Part shown: piece by piece, positions 1-12,681 of the stretch | Layout: every line of letters starts with the position of its first letter | Numbering within the stretch: position 1 is the first letter of the stretch | Source of the DNA: Mobula hypostoma | Taxonomy: Eukaryota | NCBI RefSeq assembly: GCF_963921235.1 | Contig: NC_086109.1 | Location: 14,200,001 to 14,264,000 of the forward strand | Length of the DNA stretch: 64,000 nt | Direction of reading: 5' to 3' | Notes under the pieces: generated by a model | Told to the model about the DNA's origin: nothing | Database searches by the model: none | The model's input: only the letters and a program-made list of their open reading frames with translations | Made by a program: the position numbers and the translations under genes

Positions 1-232
1 AAAACTATTTACATAGTATTTACATTGTATTAGGTATTATAAGTAATCTAGAGATGATTTAAAGTACACGGGAGGATGTGCATAGATCCAGAGCTCCCCC
101 GGTCCCAAAGTCCACCCGCACTGAGACAGGTTAACTATCAATATAATTATCCATTTTCTGAAATCAAAAAAATTCTGAATTCCAAAATGCAACTGGCCCC
201 AAAGATTTCGCATAAGGGATTGTGGACCTGTA
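1..232. mobile_element. Right part of a Tigger/pogo-type non-autonomous DNA transposon, truncated by the window edge
   Basis: Ends ...ggccccaaagatttcgcataagggattgtggacctg|TA, a Tigger4/MER46-type terminus plus TA. Bases 3-85 resemble the internal part of MER2 as I recall it. Confidence 0.6.
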
Positions 233-706
233 CAATGGTATACTGCCAACAGACTGCCATTCAGCTATTTTCACTATTTCAACAGACTTATTTACTGTTG
301 TACAACAGTAAAGCCCATCCAGTGAGATTTCATTGGGATTTAACACTTTCACAACAAAAACATTAGAAATATTGTATCTTCACAAACTCTGGTGTCAAAT
401 GACATCACATGTACAGAAAGGCACACATATCCTGTGTTATTCACAAGCAAAACTGACTTAGTTAACAAATCACCCTCTGTGTCCCCAAATCTGATCAGGT
501 TGCCTGCCAGAAACTGACCCATTCCAGCTCAGAACAAGAGAATTCAACAACAATCACAATAGTGGCTTGGTTCACTGTATCTGGCCACAGCTTTGGCCCT
601 CTTCGAAAGTCTCTAGGATTCCTGTCAGTATTTTGCCCCAGGTCAATGATCAGCCCTGACATTTCTAAATTGGTATTCTCAGTATATCACCCACGTCATT
701 CTTCAC

Positions 707-730
707 ATGATGATGATGATGATGATGATG
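707..730 (+). repeat. (ATG)8 microsatellite
   Basis: atgatgatgatgatgatgatgatg read directly. Confidence 0.95.
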
Positions 731-1139
731 CTCAGTGGAATTTTATTTGTTCAAAGCACATGTCAGACTATAATGTAAGTTCTTTGGGCAGCTGCCCTGT
801 TTGATATGGAAACAGCTCTGAACAATGAATTAGGCTATGGAATAAGAAAAATGACTTAGGAACCAGTAGAATCATGGAAGAATGCTGGAAGTAGAGACAT
901 AATGTTACCAGAAAAATCAGATGCAAAAATCTCTAAACAGCATGCATTCTTTAATTATGTTTATATGAATTCCAAGTTTCTTCGTTATGGAAGCGAGCAT
1001 GGAAACTCATCACAATGTCATGACAGTGAGAGAGGGTCAGAGTGAAAAGTGCAAAGTTCCAACAGACGGTCTACCCAGGACCCATAACACTTCCTCATGA
1101 GTCAACAATGAACAGTAGCAAATAGTCATCGTCAAGGAG

Positions 1140-1700
1140 ATCAAGGCACATGAGGTTCCCTGCCCCTATTAATTTTTGATAGGAGCACCATCAAGAGTGT
1201 CCTGTCTGGTCGCATCATCGTGTGATATGGACGCTGGAAGGCCACGGACCACAAAACCTTAGAAGATGGTTTTAAACAAAACAAAACACCCAAGAGTATC
1301 ATCAGGATCTCCCTCCTACCCATTTGTCACATTTACTGTGAGCATTGCAAACGAAGGGCCCAAAGAATTGTTGAGGATCCCTACCACCCACCCCAAAGTC
1401 TCTGTGACCTACCATGAGGTACAGAAGCATCAGAACTAAACTGCCAGACAGGGTAACAGCTTCTTCCCCCAGGCTGTGAGTCTAATCTCACCACTGCAGT
1501 CTCATCACTAGGATAGAGAGCTATTTACTGTATTGTAAACTGTTTACTTATGCAGCACACTACATGTATTTTTATTATTAACGTATTTACTGTAACATTT
1601 TGGTTTATGTCCTGTGTGTGATATGCGCGTTGTGGATACAGTGGTCCAGAGGATCATTGTTTCATTTGGTTGTATACATGCAATAAACTTGAACTTAACA
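1140..1700 (+). mobile_element. Degenerate 3' fragment of a Rex1/Babar-type LINE
   Basis: Decayed ORF2 C-terminus (accatcaagagtgtcctgtctggtcgcatcatcgtgtgatatgg ... aacagcttcttcccccaggctgtgag) and an aataaacttgaactt tail. Confidence 0.6.
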
Positions 1701-2593
1701 AGACTTCAGCAGACGTTGGTGCCAGGGCCACAGATGGAAGAGGTGAAGGACACCCACGTACAAAATCACTCTCATGGAAAGAAGATTCCCAAGACCGATC
1801 AAGAACTGAATAAATACACTTCCATTACATACTGCAGTCAAATCATTTTGTTGGCTAAACTTGTGCCCAAACAATTCATTTCAAAAGCCAGGTACATCCA
1901 AAGAGTTTTAAACAGAATGAATAAAGAACCCCCAAATTCCAAAATGGAAATTTAAACTATAAGCACCAATGCATCCACATACACATGATAATGATGGGAT
2001 CCATCTCTGTAAAAGCAACAAAGTGGATAATGATTGCGCTCCTCACTCAGGGAAAGGCACATCAAAAGGATGAAGAGTGGATAAAATGGAAAACAGCAAC
2101 ACGTTGAGGAGATTCAATAATCTAGAATACAAACTATGCAGGAGCAGGCTGTGGAGTACAGCTTAGCCAGCAGTCCCATTTCCCCCTCATGAATGCAATA
2201 ATTTACCCCTTGAAGGTTACTGATCCAGAGGACCACAGACTTGTATTTAATACTTGTGATGTACCAATGCACTTCACTCCCAAAGTTCATTTTTGTTAAA
2301 ATGACCTGTAGTTGATGTTGTATTGCAGGCACTGGGTCAGACAAATTATTAAACTGCAGAGTCTCACACTCCCCAACAAAGCAAGTAAACATACTTATCC
2401 TTTCCTCCCCAGAGCATATCTATACTGAATTCCAACATTAAGAGGTAAATCATTTTGTTCTATTACTGAATTAGAATACACAGTTTCTGAGATTAACTGA
2501 GTATTAGCTGAATATGATCATGAGGCACAAAAGTAATTTTCCAGAGGCTAGAGCTTCATAAAAAATAGGATCTAAAACCACTTTTTCCAATTG

Positions 2594-3480
2594 TGAGGAA
2601 ATCTGCAGATGTTGCAAATCCAAAGCAAAACACACATGCCAGAGGAACTCAGCAGGTCAGGTAGCATCTATGGAAAAGAGTAAACAACTGACGTTTCAGG
2701 CAGAGACCCTTCATCAGGACAGGTTAAAAAATGGATGAGAAGTCAGGATAAGGTGGTGGGGGAGGAGAGGAAGCAGTACAAGGTGGTAGGTGATGGGTGA
2801 AGAAAGAGCCGGGAGGTTGGTTGGTGAAAGAGATAAAGGCTGGAGGAGATGGGAAATCTGAGACAAGGGTAGCAAACCATGGAAAAAAGGGAGGGAACAG
2901 CATGCACCAGAAGGATGTGATGGGCAGATAAGGGAGTTAAGGTGAGAGGGAAACAGGAATGAGCAATGGTGGGTTGGGGGGGGTGGGGGGGGGGGAGAAA
3001 TTATCAGAAATTCGAGAAATTGATGTTCAAGCCATCAGGCTGGGGTCTACCCAGACAGAATACAAGGTGTTGCTCCTCCAACCCAAGTGTGGCCTTATCA
3101 CTACAATAGAGGAGGCCATGGATTGACATGAAGGAATGGTAATGGGAAGTAGAATTGAAATGTATGGACTGCAGGAGATCCCACTTTTTCTGGCAGATGG
3201 AGCGTAGGTGCTCGGCGAAGCAGTCTCCCAATCTACATTGGGTCTCACTGATATACAGGAGTACTGGATACACTAGATGACCCCAAAAGACTCACAGCTA
3301 AAGCACCATCTCCCTTGGAAGGACTATTTGGGACCCTGAATGGTAGTAAGGGAGCTGTAGGGACAGTTGTGGCACTTGTTCCGCTCACAAGGATAAGTAC
3401 CAGGAGGGAGATTAGTAGGGAGGGACGTGTGGACAAGGGAGTCACATGGCGTGGTGGAGTGGGGGGGTGGGGGGGGGGAA
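2594..3480 (-). mobile_element. Penelope-like retroelement, 3' part: GIY-YIG endonuclease remnant and pseudo-LTR with hammerhead motif
   Basis: ORF 3004-3273 (LLYISET..RLGDCFAEHLRSI...HFNS...LEEQHLVFCLGRPQPDGLNINFSNF) is a PLE GIY-YIG C-terminus. Minus-strand CTGATGA-agggtctctgcct-GAAACGTC at about 2689-2717. Confidence 0.85.
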
Positions 3481-4059
3481 GAGACATTAATCACTACAGC
3501 TTAGCAACACTATTTTCATTTTGCACTGAAATGGACTTTGTTTTTTGTATTACTTGTGTTATTGTAATAACCAAAGCTTATTTATGGGAATCTGAGGGAG
3601 ATCTTCTTCACTCAGAGCATGGTGCGAGTGTGGAATGAGCCACCAATTGGCAGATGCGGGTTCAACCGTAACATGATAAGTACCTGAATGAGAGGGGTTT
3701 GGAGGGATATGGTCCAGGTGCAGGTAGCTGGGACTAAGCAGAAGATTTGGGGCATGGACCAGACTCTACTTTGATATCAAAAAGCAACAATGCACTTACA
3801 AGATAGATTTCTCCTCACTTATGGTTAGTAATAACTGGAATAGCTTCCTGTACTAGGTCAGGCAGATAAGAAGACAGTTCAGATAACCCATCTCATAGGT
3901 CAGGTGGCCGTAAATGGGCTAAAAGTCAGTAAGTAAAATACCTTGCATTCCTATCCATAGGACATGCCAAATGTTCTGAAACAGGAAAAGCCAGTAGCCA
4001 ACTTACAGAAAGCAAAGGTCCCTCAGGCACAAATGAGTTACTGAGTTACAGCTCCACCA

Positions 4060-4432
4060 TGGGCACTAGCCACCATAGCATCCAGGTCATCTGCAAAGAG
4101 CAGTGTCTCAGAGAGAGTGTCCATCACTAAGGACCTCCACCACCTATGCCCTCTTCTCATTGCTACCATCAGGAAGGAGGTACAGAGCCTAAAGGCACAC
4201 ACTCAACGATTCAGGAACAGCTTCTTCCCCTCTCCCATCTGATGTCCAAATGGACATTGAACCCGTGAACACCACCTCACTACTTTTCATTTGCACTATA
4301 TTTAATTATTTAATATATACACTTACTGTAATTGAGATTCTTTCACTGTATTATCATGTATTGTATTGTACTGCTGTTGCAAAAGTTAACAAATTTCACA
4401 ACATATGGTGGTGATATTAAACCCATTTCTGA
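4060..4432 (+). mobile_element. Rex1/Babar-type LINE 3' end
   Basis: ctaccatcaggaaggaggtacag ... caggaacagcttcttcccctct, with tail gtgatattaaaccc(a)tttctga. Same family recurs at about 15330-15635 and 54200-54580. Confidence 0.6.
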
Positions 4433-5296
4433 ATGAGAAGATCAGAAAACCTGCTTAAATGACCATGGTGGAGAGGTGAAGTCCTGGAGTGTGGTGATAT
4501 TAAGAAATCCTTTACAAAAAGTGAAGAACTGATGCAGGACTATTAATTATCGTGTTACTGAAATGCCATCCAGCAAGACAAGCTCAAGTGTCTTTTGCAA
4601 TTTGAGCCATGGTCAAAAGCACGAAGCCAAAACTGATAACTAAAAAGAACAAGAACATTTAGTTCTGAGCCACTGGGATAACAGCCTACCTACAAGTTAA
4701 CTCTGGCCATCTACTATAACCTCATAACTCTCAAATTTCTATTTCATGCTCTTTTTATTTGCAAATGACCCAAGTAAAGTGGATTTCATATTTTCTCCCA
4801 CTTTGAATCAAGAATTGGCTTCCATGGTCACTTTTTCAGGTTTTATTCTAATAAGGACTCATTCCCATCTTTGCCCCCGGTTCCCTCACCACCTACCCCG
4901 TGAGAGAAAAGTTCATCTTTGTTATTTGCTTTTGCAAGCAAAGGAAGATCAAACAGAATATTGTTTGTTGAAGGTGGTCTGCTCCCAAGTACCTGGTATG
5001 ACATCAAAAGTCACACTGCATTACAAACACTGTTCCTGTATGCAACTACAATTGCTCCTCCCCCCACCCCTCACTCTTTATAAAAGTAATAAAAATCCCT
5101 ATTCAAACCATGAGCTTTTATATAGAAAAGCAGGTAAACAGTTATGAATACAAGTTTTTCACTGAAACCTTCACTTTCATTTCTAATTCCAGTGGATCAT
5201 TTCTTGCGAGAGGGGTAGTCATTAACAGTTACAATCACACTTGTATTTTGCTTGCTCCATGTCTGAAGTCAAAGATGGTATAAAAGCAGAAGAGGA

Positions 5297-5649
5297 CTTT
5301 TTGAGGCATTGATGTGGATAGCCAGAGGCTTTATCCCCAGGGTTGAAATGGCTAATATGAGGGGGCACAGTTTTAAGGTGCTTGGAACTAGGTACAAGGG
5401 GGATGTCAGAGGCAAGTTTTTCCCCACACAGAGAGTGGTGAGTACATAGAATGCATTGCCAGCAAAGATGGTAGAGATGGATACAATAGGGTCTTTTAAG
5501 AGACACTTAGATAGGTACATGGACCTTAGGAAAATAGAGGGCTATGTGGTAGGGGTAGTTCTTGGCAGTTTCTAGAGTAGGTTACATGGTCGGCACAGCA
5601 CTGTGGGTTGAAGGGCCTATAATGTGCTGTAGATTTCTATGTTTCTATG
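5297..5649 (+). mobile_element. CR1 LINE 3' fragment inserted into the outer CR1
   Basis: End of ORF2 plus 3' UTR ending gatttctatgtttctatg. Same family at about 24480-24875 and 56875-56995. Confidence 0.75.
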
Positions 5650-6460
5650 ATATAACATAGCAAAAATTATTGGGAAGGTAGAGGATTGGGAAGCTTTTAA
5701 AAACTAACAGAAAGCAACTAAAAAGCATAAAGAAAGAAAAGATGAAATATTAAGGCAAGCTAGCCAATAATATAAAAGAGGCTACTAAAGGTTTTTTCAG
5801 ATATATAGAGTAAAGAGGGGCGAGAGTGGATATTGGACTGCTGGAAAGGTAGTAATAGGAAACAAAGAAATGGCAAATAAACTTAATAGGTAGTTTGTGC
5901 CAGTCTTCACTGTGAAAGACACTAGCAGAATGGCAGAAATTCAAGTATCGATGGGGTGGGGCCGGAGTAAGTGCAACTGGTATTACTAGGGAGTAGGTGC
6001 TTGGGAAGCTGAAAGATCTGAAGGCAACTATGTCACCTGGATCAGATGGATGACACCCCAAGGCTCTGAAAGAGGTAGATGAAGAGATTGTGGATGCATC
6101 AGCAATGATCGTTCTAGAAACACGAGTTTCTGGAATTCCAGTTTCCAGTTCTGGAGGACCGGAAAATTGCAAATGTCACTCCACTCTTCATGAAGGGAGG
6201 GTGACAAAAGAAAGGAAATTATAAGCCAGTTAGCCTGACTTCGGGATGGGAAAGATGCTGGAGTCTATTATTAAGGGTAATATTTCTGGGTACTTGGAGG
6301 TACATGAGAGAATAGGCCAAAGTCACCAAGGTTTCCTTAAGGCAAAATCTTGTCTGATAAATCTGATGAAATTCTTTGAGTCAGGATAGACAAAGGAGAG
6401 TCAGTGGATCTTGTTTGGATTTGCAGAAGGCCTCTGATAAGGTACTGCACGAGGCTGTTT

Positions 6461-9169
6461 ACTCAGGATGTGCACAGCACAACTGGCAGGTGTGTTTACT
6501 GACATTTTTAATCTCTCCCTCTCCCAATGTAGAGTGCCCTCCTGCTTCAATTATCTGCCATTGTCCCTGTACCAAAAAAGACCAAGGAAACATGCCTGAA
6601 CGACAGGCGTCCTGTTGCACTCACCTAAATAATAAGCAAATGCTTTAACAGGCTGGTCTGTAGTTTGCTACCACCCAAACTGGACCCCTACAATTTGCCT
6701 ACTGACACAACCAATTGACAGATGACGCAATAGCCACTGCTCTACATGCCATCCTTACACATCCGGAGAAGGATGCTTATGTGAGAATGCTGTTCTTGGA
6801 CTACAGTTCAGCATTCAACACCATAGTCATAATCATGGTCTGATCAGGGACAGTCAGCATGGCTTTGTGAAGGGCAGATCATGTCTAACAAGCCTGATAG
6901 AGTTCTTTGAGGAGGTGACCAGGCATATAGATGAGGGTAGTGCAGTGGATGTGATCTATATTGATTTTAGTAAGGCATTTGACAAGGTTCCACACGGTAG
7001 GCTTATTCAGAAAGTTAGAAGGCATGGGATCCAGGGAAGTTTGGCCAGGTGGATTCAGAATTGGCTTGCCTGCAGAAGGCAGAGGGTGGTGGTGGAGGGA
7101 GTACATTCAGAGTGGAGGATTGTGACTAGTAGTGTCCCACAAGGATCTGTTCTGGGACCTCTACTTTTCGTGATTTTTACTAACGACTTAGATGTGGGGG
7201 TAGAAGGGTGGGTTGGCAAGTTTGCAGACGACACAAAGGTTGGTGGTGTTGTACGTAGTGTAGAGGATTGTCAAAGATTGCAGAGAGACATTGATAGGAT
7301 GCAGAAGTGGGCTGAGAAGTGGCAGATGGAGTTCAGCCCAGAGAAATGTGAGGTGGTACACTTTGGAAGGACAAACTCCAAGGCAGAGTACAAAGTAAAT
7401 GGCAGGATACTTGGTAGTGTGGAGGAGCAGAGGGATCTCAGGGTACATGTCCACAGATCCCTGAAAGTTGCCTCACAGGTGGACAGGATAGTTAAGAAAG
7501 CTTATGGGGTGTTAGCTTTCATAAGTCGAGGGATAGAGTTTAAGAGTCGCAATGTAGTGATGCAGCTCTATAAAACTCTGGTTAGGCCACACTTGGAGTA
7601 CTGGGGCCAGTTCTGGTCACTTCACTATAGGAAGGATGTGGAAGCATTGGAAAGGGTACAGAGGAGATTTATCAGGATGCTGCCTGGTTTAGAAAGTATG
7701 CATTATGATCAGAGATTAAGGGAGCTTGGGCTTTACTCTTTGGAGAGGAGGAGGATGAGAGGAGACATGAAAGAGGTGTACAAGATAATAAGAGGAATAG
7801 ATAGAGTGGATAGCCAGCACCTCTTCCCCAGGGCACCACTGCTGAATACAAGAGGACATGGCTTTAAGGTAAGGGGTGGGAAGTTCAAGGGAGATATTAG
7901 AGGAAGGTTTTTTTTACTCAGAGAGTGGTTTGTGCATGGAATGCACTGCCTGAGTCTGTGGTGGAGGCAGATACACTAGTGAAGTTTAAGAGACTACTAG
8001 ACAGGTATATGGAGGAATTCAAGGTGGGGGCTTATATGGGAGGCAGAGTTTGAGGGTCGGCACAACATTGTGGGCTGAAGGGCCTGTACTGTGCTGTACT
8101 ACTCCATGTTCTATATATTCTATGTTCTATAGTTCCACCCACTTGACAAGAAGCTCAGAGACCTCGGCCTTGACCCTGCCTTGTGTAGCTGGATCCTAGA
8201 CTTCCTGTCAGATCACCGGCGGGTGGTAAGAGGGGGCTCCCTCACCTCCACCCCTCCCTCAACACAGTATGTAGCCCTGAGGGGTTCCTAAGTCCCCTCC
8301 TTTACTCCCCATATACCCATGGCTGTGTCGCCACCCACAGCTCTAACCTGCTAACTAAATTTGCCGATGACACTACATTGATTAGCCTCATCTCAAACAA
8401 TGACACGGTGGCCTACAGGGAAGAAGTCATCTTTCTGACACAGTGGTGTCAAGAAAACAACCTCTCCCTCAATGTCGCAAAAATAAAGGAGCTGGTTGTG
8501 GATTACAAGAGGAATGGAAACGGGCTAACCCCTATTGACAACAATGGATCTGGAGTTGAGAGGGTAAACAGCTTTAAGTTCCTCAGCATCCACATCACCG
8601 AGGACCTCACGTGGTCTGTACACACCAGCTGTGTGGTGAAAAAGGCACAACTGTGCCTCTTTCACCTCAGACGGTTGAAAAAGTTTGGTATGGGCCCCCA
8701 AATCCTAAGAACTTTCTACAGTGGCACAATTGAGAACATCCTGACTAGCTGCATCACTACCTGGTATGGGAACTGTACCTCCCTTAATTGCAGGATTCTG
8801 CAGAGAGTGGTACAGATAGCCCAGCGCATCTGTAGCTGTGAACTTCCCATGATTCAGGACATTTACAAGGACAGATATGTAAAAAGGGCCCATTGGATCA
8901 TTGGGGACCGAGTCACCGCAACCTCAATCTATTCCAGCTGCTACCATCCAGGAAACGGTACCACAGCATAAAAGCCAGGACCAACAGGCTCCAGGACAGC
9001 TTCTTCCACCAGGCCATCAGTCTGATTAACTCATGCTGATTTGAGTGTACTCTGTTACATGACTGTTCTATTAATTATAAATTACTATGATTGCACATTT
9101 AGATGGAGAAGTAACAAAGACTTTACTCCTCATGTATGTGAAGGATGTAAGAAATAGTCAATTCAATTC
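6461..9169 (+). mobile_element. Rex1/Babar-type LINE, 5'-truncated, interrupted by a CR1 at 6828-8128
   Basis: Reads QLAGVFTDIFNLSL, DPLQFAY and [16 protein letters not shown] before the CR1, then KFADDTT and ORF 8378-8971 (WCQENNLSLNVAK.KELVVDY...HITEDLTWS) after it. Ends in a (caatt)n tail at about 9159-9170. Confidence 0.88.
6828..8128 (+). mobile_element. Young 5'-truncated CR1 LINE with nearly intact reverse transcriptase coding sequence
   Basis: ORF 6867-7979 (DFSKAFDKVPH, VPQGSVLGPLLF, KFADDTK) is uninterrupted until a frameshift in the T-run near 7908-7915. Has a (ttctatg)n-type tail and ATAGT on both flanks (6823-6827 and 8129-8133). Confidence 0.93.
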
Positions 9170-10589
9170 AACAAGCTAAGAATCCATGGGATTACAGGAG
9201 AGACACAAGCACCAATAGAAGATTGGCTAAATGGCAGGAAGCAAAGAGTGGGAATAAAGGGGACCTTTTCTTGCTGGTGCCAGTGGCTAGTGATGATCCA
9301 CAGGGGTCGGTGTCCGGGCCATTTTTCACATTATACATCAATGATTTCTATGATGGAATCGATGGCATTTGTGACCAAGCTTGCGGACAATATGAAGATA
9401 GGTGGATGGGCTGAAAGTTTTGAGGATGCAGGGAGGCTGCAGGACTTACATTAGCAGAATGGGCTAAGTGGCAGATGGAATACAATGTCAGGAAGTGTCT
9501 GGTCATGCACTTTGGAAGAAGGAATAAAAAGGTATGGATTATTTTCTATATGATGAGAAAATTCAAAAATCTGAGGTGAAAAGGGACTTGGGAGTAACTT
9601 GCAGCTTAAGTCGGTGGCAAGGAAAGAAAACACAATGTTAGCATTCATTTCAAGGGGACTAGAGGTTTTGTAAGGCATTGGTCAGACCACAGATGGACTA
9701 TTGAGCAGTTTTGGTCCCCTTTTCTAAAAGATGTACTGGCATTGGAGGGTCCAGAGGAGGAGGTTCATGAAAATGATCCCATGAACAAAAAGATTATTAC
9801 CATACGAGTATACGAGAAGCTTTTGATGGCTCTGGGCCTGTTCTCCCTGGAGTTTAGAAGAATGATGGGGGATCTCAATGAAACCTATCGAATACTGAAA
9901 GGCCTAGATAGAGTGGATGTGGAGAGGATGTTTCCTATAGTGAGGACCAGAGGGCACAGCCTCAAGAGGGGCATCCATTTAAAATAGATGAGGGAAAATT
10001 TAGTTACCCAGAGAGTGTTAAATCAGTGGAATTCTTTGCTGTTTAGGCCGTGTCATTGGGTTTATTCAAGGCAGAGATTGATCGGTTCTTGAACAGTAAG
10101 GGTGTCAAATGTTATAGGGAAAAGGCAGGAGAACAGGATTGAGGGGGACAAGTCAGCGATGATGAAATTGCAGAACATACTCGATGGGCTGAATGGTGTA
10201 ATTCTGCTCCTATGTCTTAGTGTCTTGTTTTATTACCTGCATTTTCACTTCATCTTGTACTGTACCATGAGTCTTACTGATTGGCAGTGCAGACACTCAG
10301 CCTTTCTCTTCTTGCTCTCTAAGACACATCTCCACTGCCCTTCCCTTTATGGAATGTCCAAGAGTCAGCTCTGATGTGGCTATTTACAGCTCATCCTGCC
10401 ACACTCCGGGCCAACATTAAATCCAAGCCTGCTGTTATCAAATACCTTGGAGGGGTCCCTTGAAGGTATTGAACTGTTTTCAAAGCATCCAGCTCAATCT
10501 GTGTTTGATTCAGACTATTAGCAATTCCAAACAAATGTTGGAAACAACTTTTTTTTCCCCAGAACTTCTCTTTCACTACTGCAAATCAG

Positions 10590-11055
10590 TTACAAGTTGG
10601 AGGAGCAACACCTCATATTCCGTCTGAATAGTCACCAACCTGATGGCATTAACACTGATATCTCTAACTTCCAGCAATTCGCCCCCTCATTCCCTCTTTA
10701 ATTCCCACTCTGGCTCCCCTCTTACCTCTTTTCTTCTGCACAACTGCCTATTGCCTCCCCCGACGCCCCTCCTCCATCCCTCTCCCATCGTCCACTCTTC
10801 TCTCCCATCAGATTCCTTCCTCTCCAGCCCTTTACTTTTTCCACTTATCACCTCTCAGCTTCTTTCTTCATCCCCACCCACTTGGCATTACCTATTACTT
10901 TCTAGCTTGTACCCCATCCGCTCCCCCACCTTCTTCCCCCTGCCTTTTCAGTCCTAATGAAGGGTCTCAATCTGAAATGTCATCTGGTTTATTCACTTCC
11001 ATTGATGCTGCCTGACCTGCTGAGTTCAAGCATTTTGTGTGTGAGGCTTTGATCT
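10590..11055 (+). mobile_element. Penelope-like element 3' end
   Basis: KLEEQHLIFRL..QPDGINTDISNF remnant, pyrimidine-rich UTR, and a degenerate hammerhead cagtc-CTAATGA-agggtctcaatct-GAAATGTC. Confidence 0.75.
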
Positions 11056-12538
11056 TTTGCTCCTTCCTTTATTTGTCAGGTCTTATGATTATACAGCTGC
11101 TGTGCCCAAAACTTACGAGCTGGCTTTCCCATATTATGCGAACTGATCACAGGCTTAGCATATAGATCAGCAGCACAGTGGTGCAGCTGGTAGAGTCACT
11201 GCGCAACAGACCCAAGTTCAATCCTCACCTCTGGTGTGAATGTGGATTCCTGCCTGCGGTAAAACTTTCCCCATTTTTAAGCCACTTCTCTGAACATTTT
11301 TTCAGACATCAAATCAGGAAACATCAATTCAGTTTCAAGCTAGCCATCTACAAACTGCAGTGTAACATATTGTCAAAATGTCAATAGCATTTTGTGAACT
11401 CAACTCCTAAGAGTCAATGGCAACAGGCACAGAGGACATCCATCATTGACAAGACCCTTCCCAGTTACAAAGGTAGAAACAGATCATTGCTCCTTGATCA
11501 TTACAAGGTCTATATACTGAAATTCCCTCCCACAGTGCATAGCCTTCACTCAGATGGCAATGATTCAATGCAACAGCTTGCAACCACTTTTGCGGGCACA
11601 TATGATTAAATACTGGCCTTGCCTTTGCTGCCCATATCCCATGCAAGTCCAACTTTTAAATCATAGCATCACCTTCAGCCCACCCGAACTATGCTGCAAC
11701 TCCCATTCCACAAACTTACTTTAACAGCCCAGTTTGCAGAACAGCAGCAAAAATCTAACAATTATCACCGAGCAATTGTAATGTTCACATCGGTGATCCG
11801 TTAGCATTTTCAGACAGGGAACAAACTGCAGCACGTGCTTGTTGAAAGCAAGGTTACTTGTTACAACACAGCAATAAATCAGACGAGTGGAGGGTGATGA
11901 TACCCATGACTGCAAGACATGCAAGTCAGAAAGAATAAAAATGAGGTAGTGAAAACTGGTAGTGCGCAAGGGTGTTGCTACTCATGAGATATTTATCATT
12001 AAAAACAGTACAAGTGGGAAGAAAATTTAAGGCATTATATAGTGAGTGGGGTGCAATAAAACCATGATGTGATGCTGTCAGTAATCCAAGGTTCAAGTAG
12101 GTCAACAATTAAACATAAAGTTACTGACAAACTGGAGGCCAGAGTACATCCAGTCAGATCATATTGCGATTTGGTGCTTATAATTAATTCACAACAAGTA
12201 GAATTAGTCACACCTTCACAGGCTCCAATGTCAAAGGTACGGAAATCCAGCTAGCATCATTCATAAGATGACCTAATTAAGAAATTACCCATTGTGCACA
12301 AGCTTGAGATTGGATATTTGCCCAAAGAGACAGTCAAACAAATGGTTTGATCTGCAGTCTCTGGTCACATCTTCAAGAATCACAGATTGCTGTCATTTTT
12401 CTCTAGATGTGATCGACACTCATACCTCCAAACTGACATGCCTGGTGAAAATACATTTTTTTTTACATGAAGGCTCATCAGACCACAATGGAAATATCTT
12501 GAAACAGCTGGCCTATTTCTTTGTCTTGTGGGCCTCAC

Positions 12539-12681
12539 CTTCCTTTTCATTGTAGATGATATTCTTGCAAAGAAGATCATTGTGGCAAAGTACTGTGGGA
12601 GAGTTCAGCTCCGACAGGTACTGCTTCATCCACGTCATTTCCCTCTCCAACGTCTGCAAAGGTGGCACTTCTTGCTGAATC
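12539..12681 (-). CDS. ETNK2: Ethanolamine kinase, coding exon 4 (143 bp) with the phosphotransferase (Brenner) motif
   Basis: Not in the ORF track. Acceptor ttgcttcag|GATTCA and donor GAAG|gtgagg. Encodes (R)IQQEVPPLQTLEREMTWMKQYLSELNSPTVLCHNDLLCKNIIYNEKE(G). CHNDLLCKN is the choline/ethanolamine kinase catalytic motif. Confidence 0.93.

Larger units (their letters stand above)
5265..10225 (+). mobile_element. Old CR1-type LINE (outer element) split by nested insertions; own sequence about 5265-5296, 5650-6460 and 9170-10225
   Basis: RT motifs NYKPVSLTS and DLQKASDKV end at gaggctgttt (6460) and resume at a-acaagctaagaatccatggg (9170), reading RLFNKLRIHG. Continues through KLADNMKIGG to a 3' UTR (ctcgatgggctgaatgg...ctcctatgtctt). 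Confidence 0.85.

Noticed and set aside
2968..2996. Poly-G tracts (also about 3455, 23640 and 32830) as functional G-quadruplexes
   Set aside because: They are homopolymer runs, mostly within or beside decayed repeats, and nothing suggests selection.
6867..7979. 370-aa RT ORF as a functional or domesticated gene, or as a prokaryotic retron-like system
   Set aside because: It is a 5'-truncated CR1 with tail, TSD, a frameshift and a sister copy at 57200, and it has no endonuclease domain or promoter.
1..12538. Exon 5 of the kinase (expected FIDYEY...DIGNHFNEF motif)
   Set aside because: Looked for by eye on the minus strand and not found. It probably lies beyond the left edge; a tblastn search would settle it.
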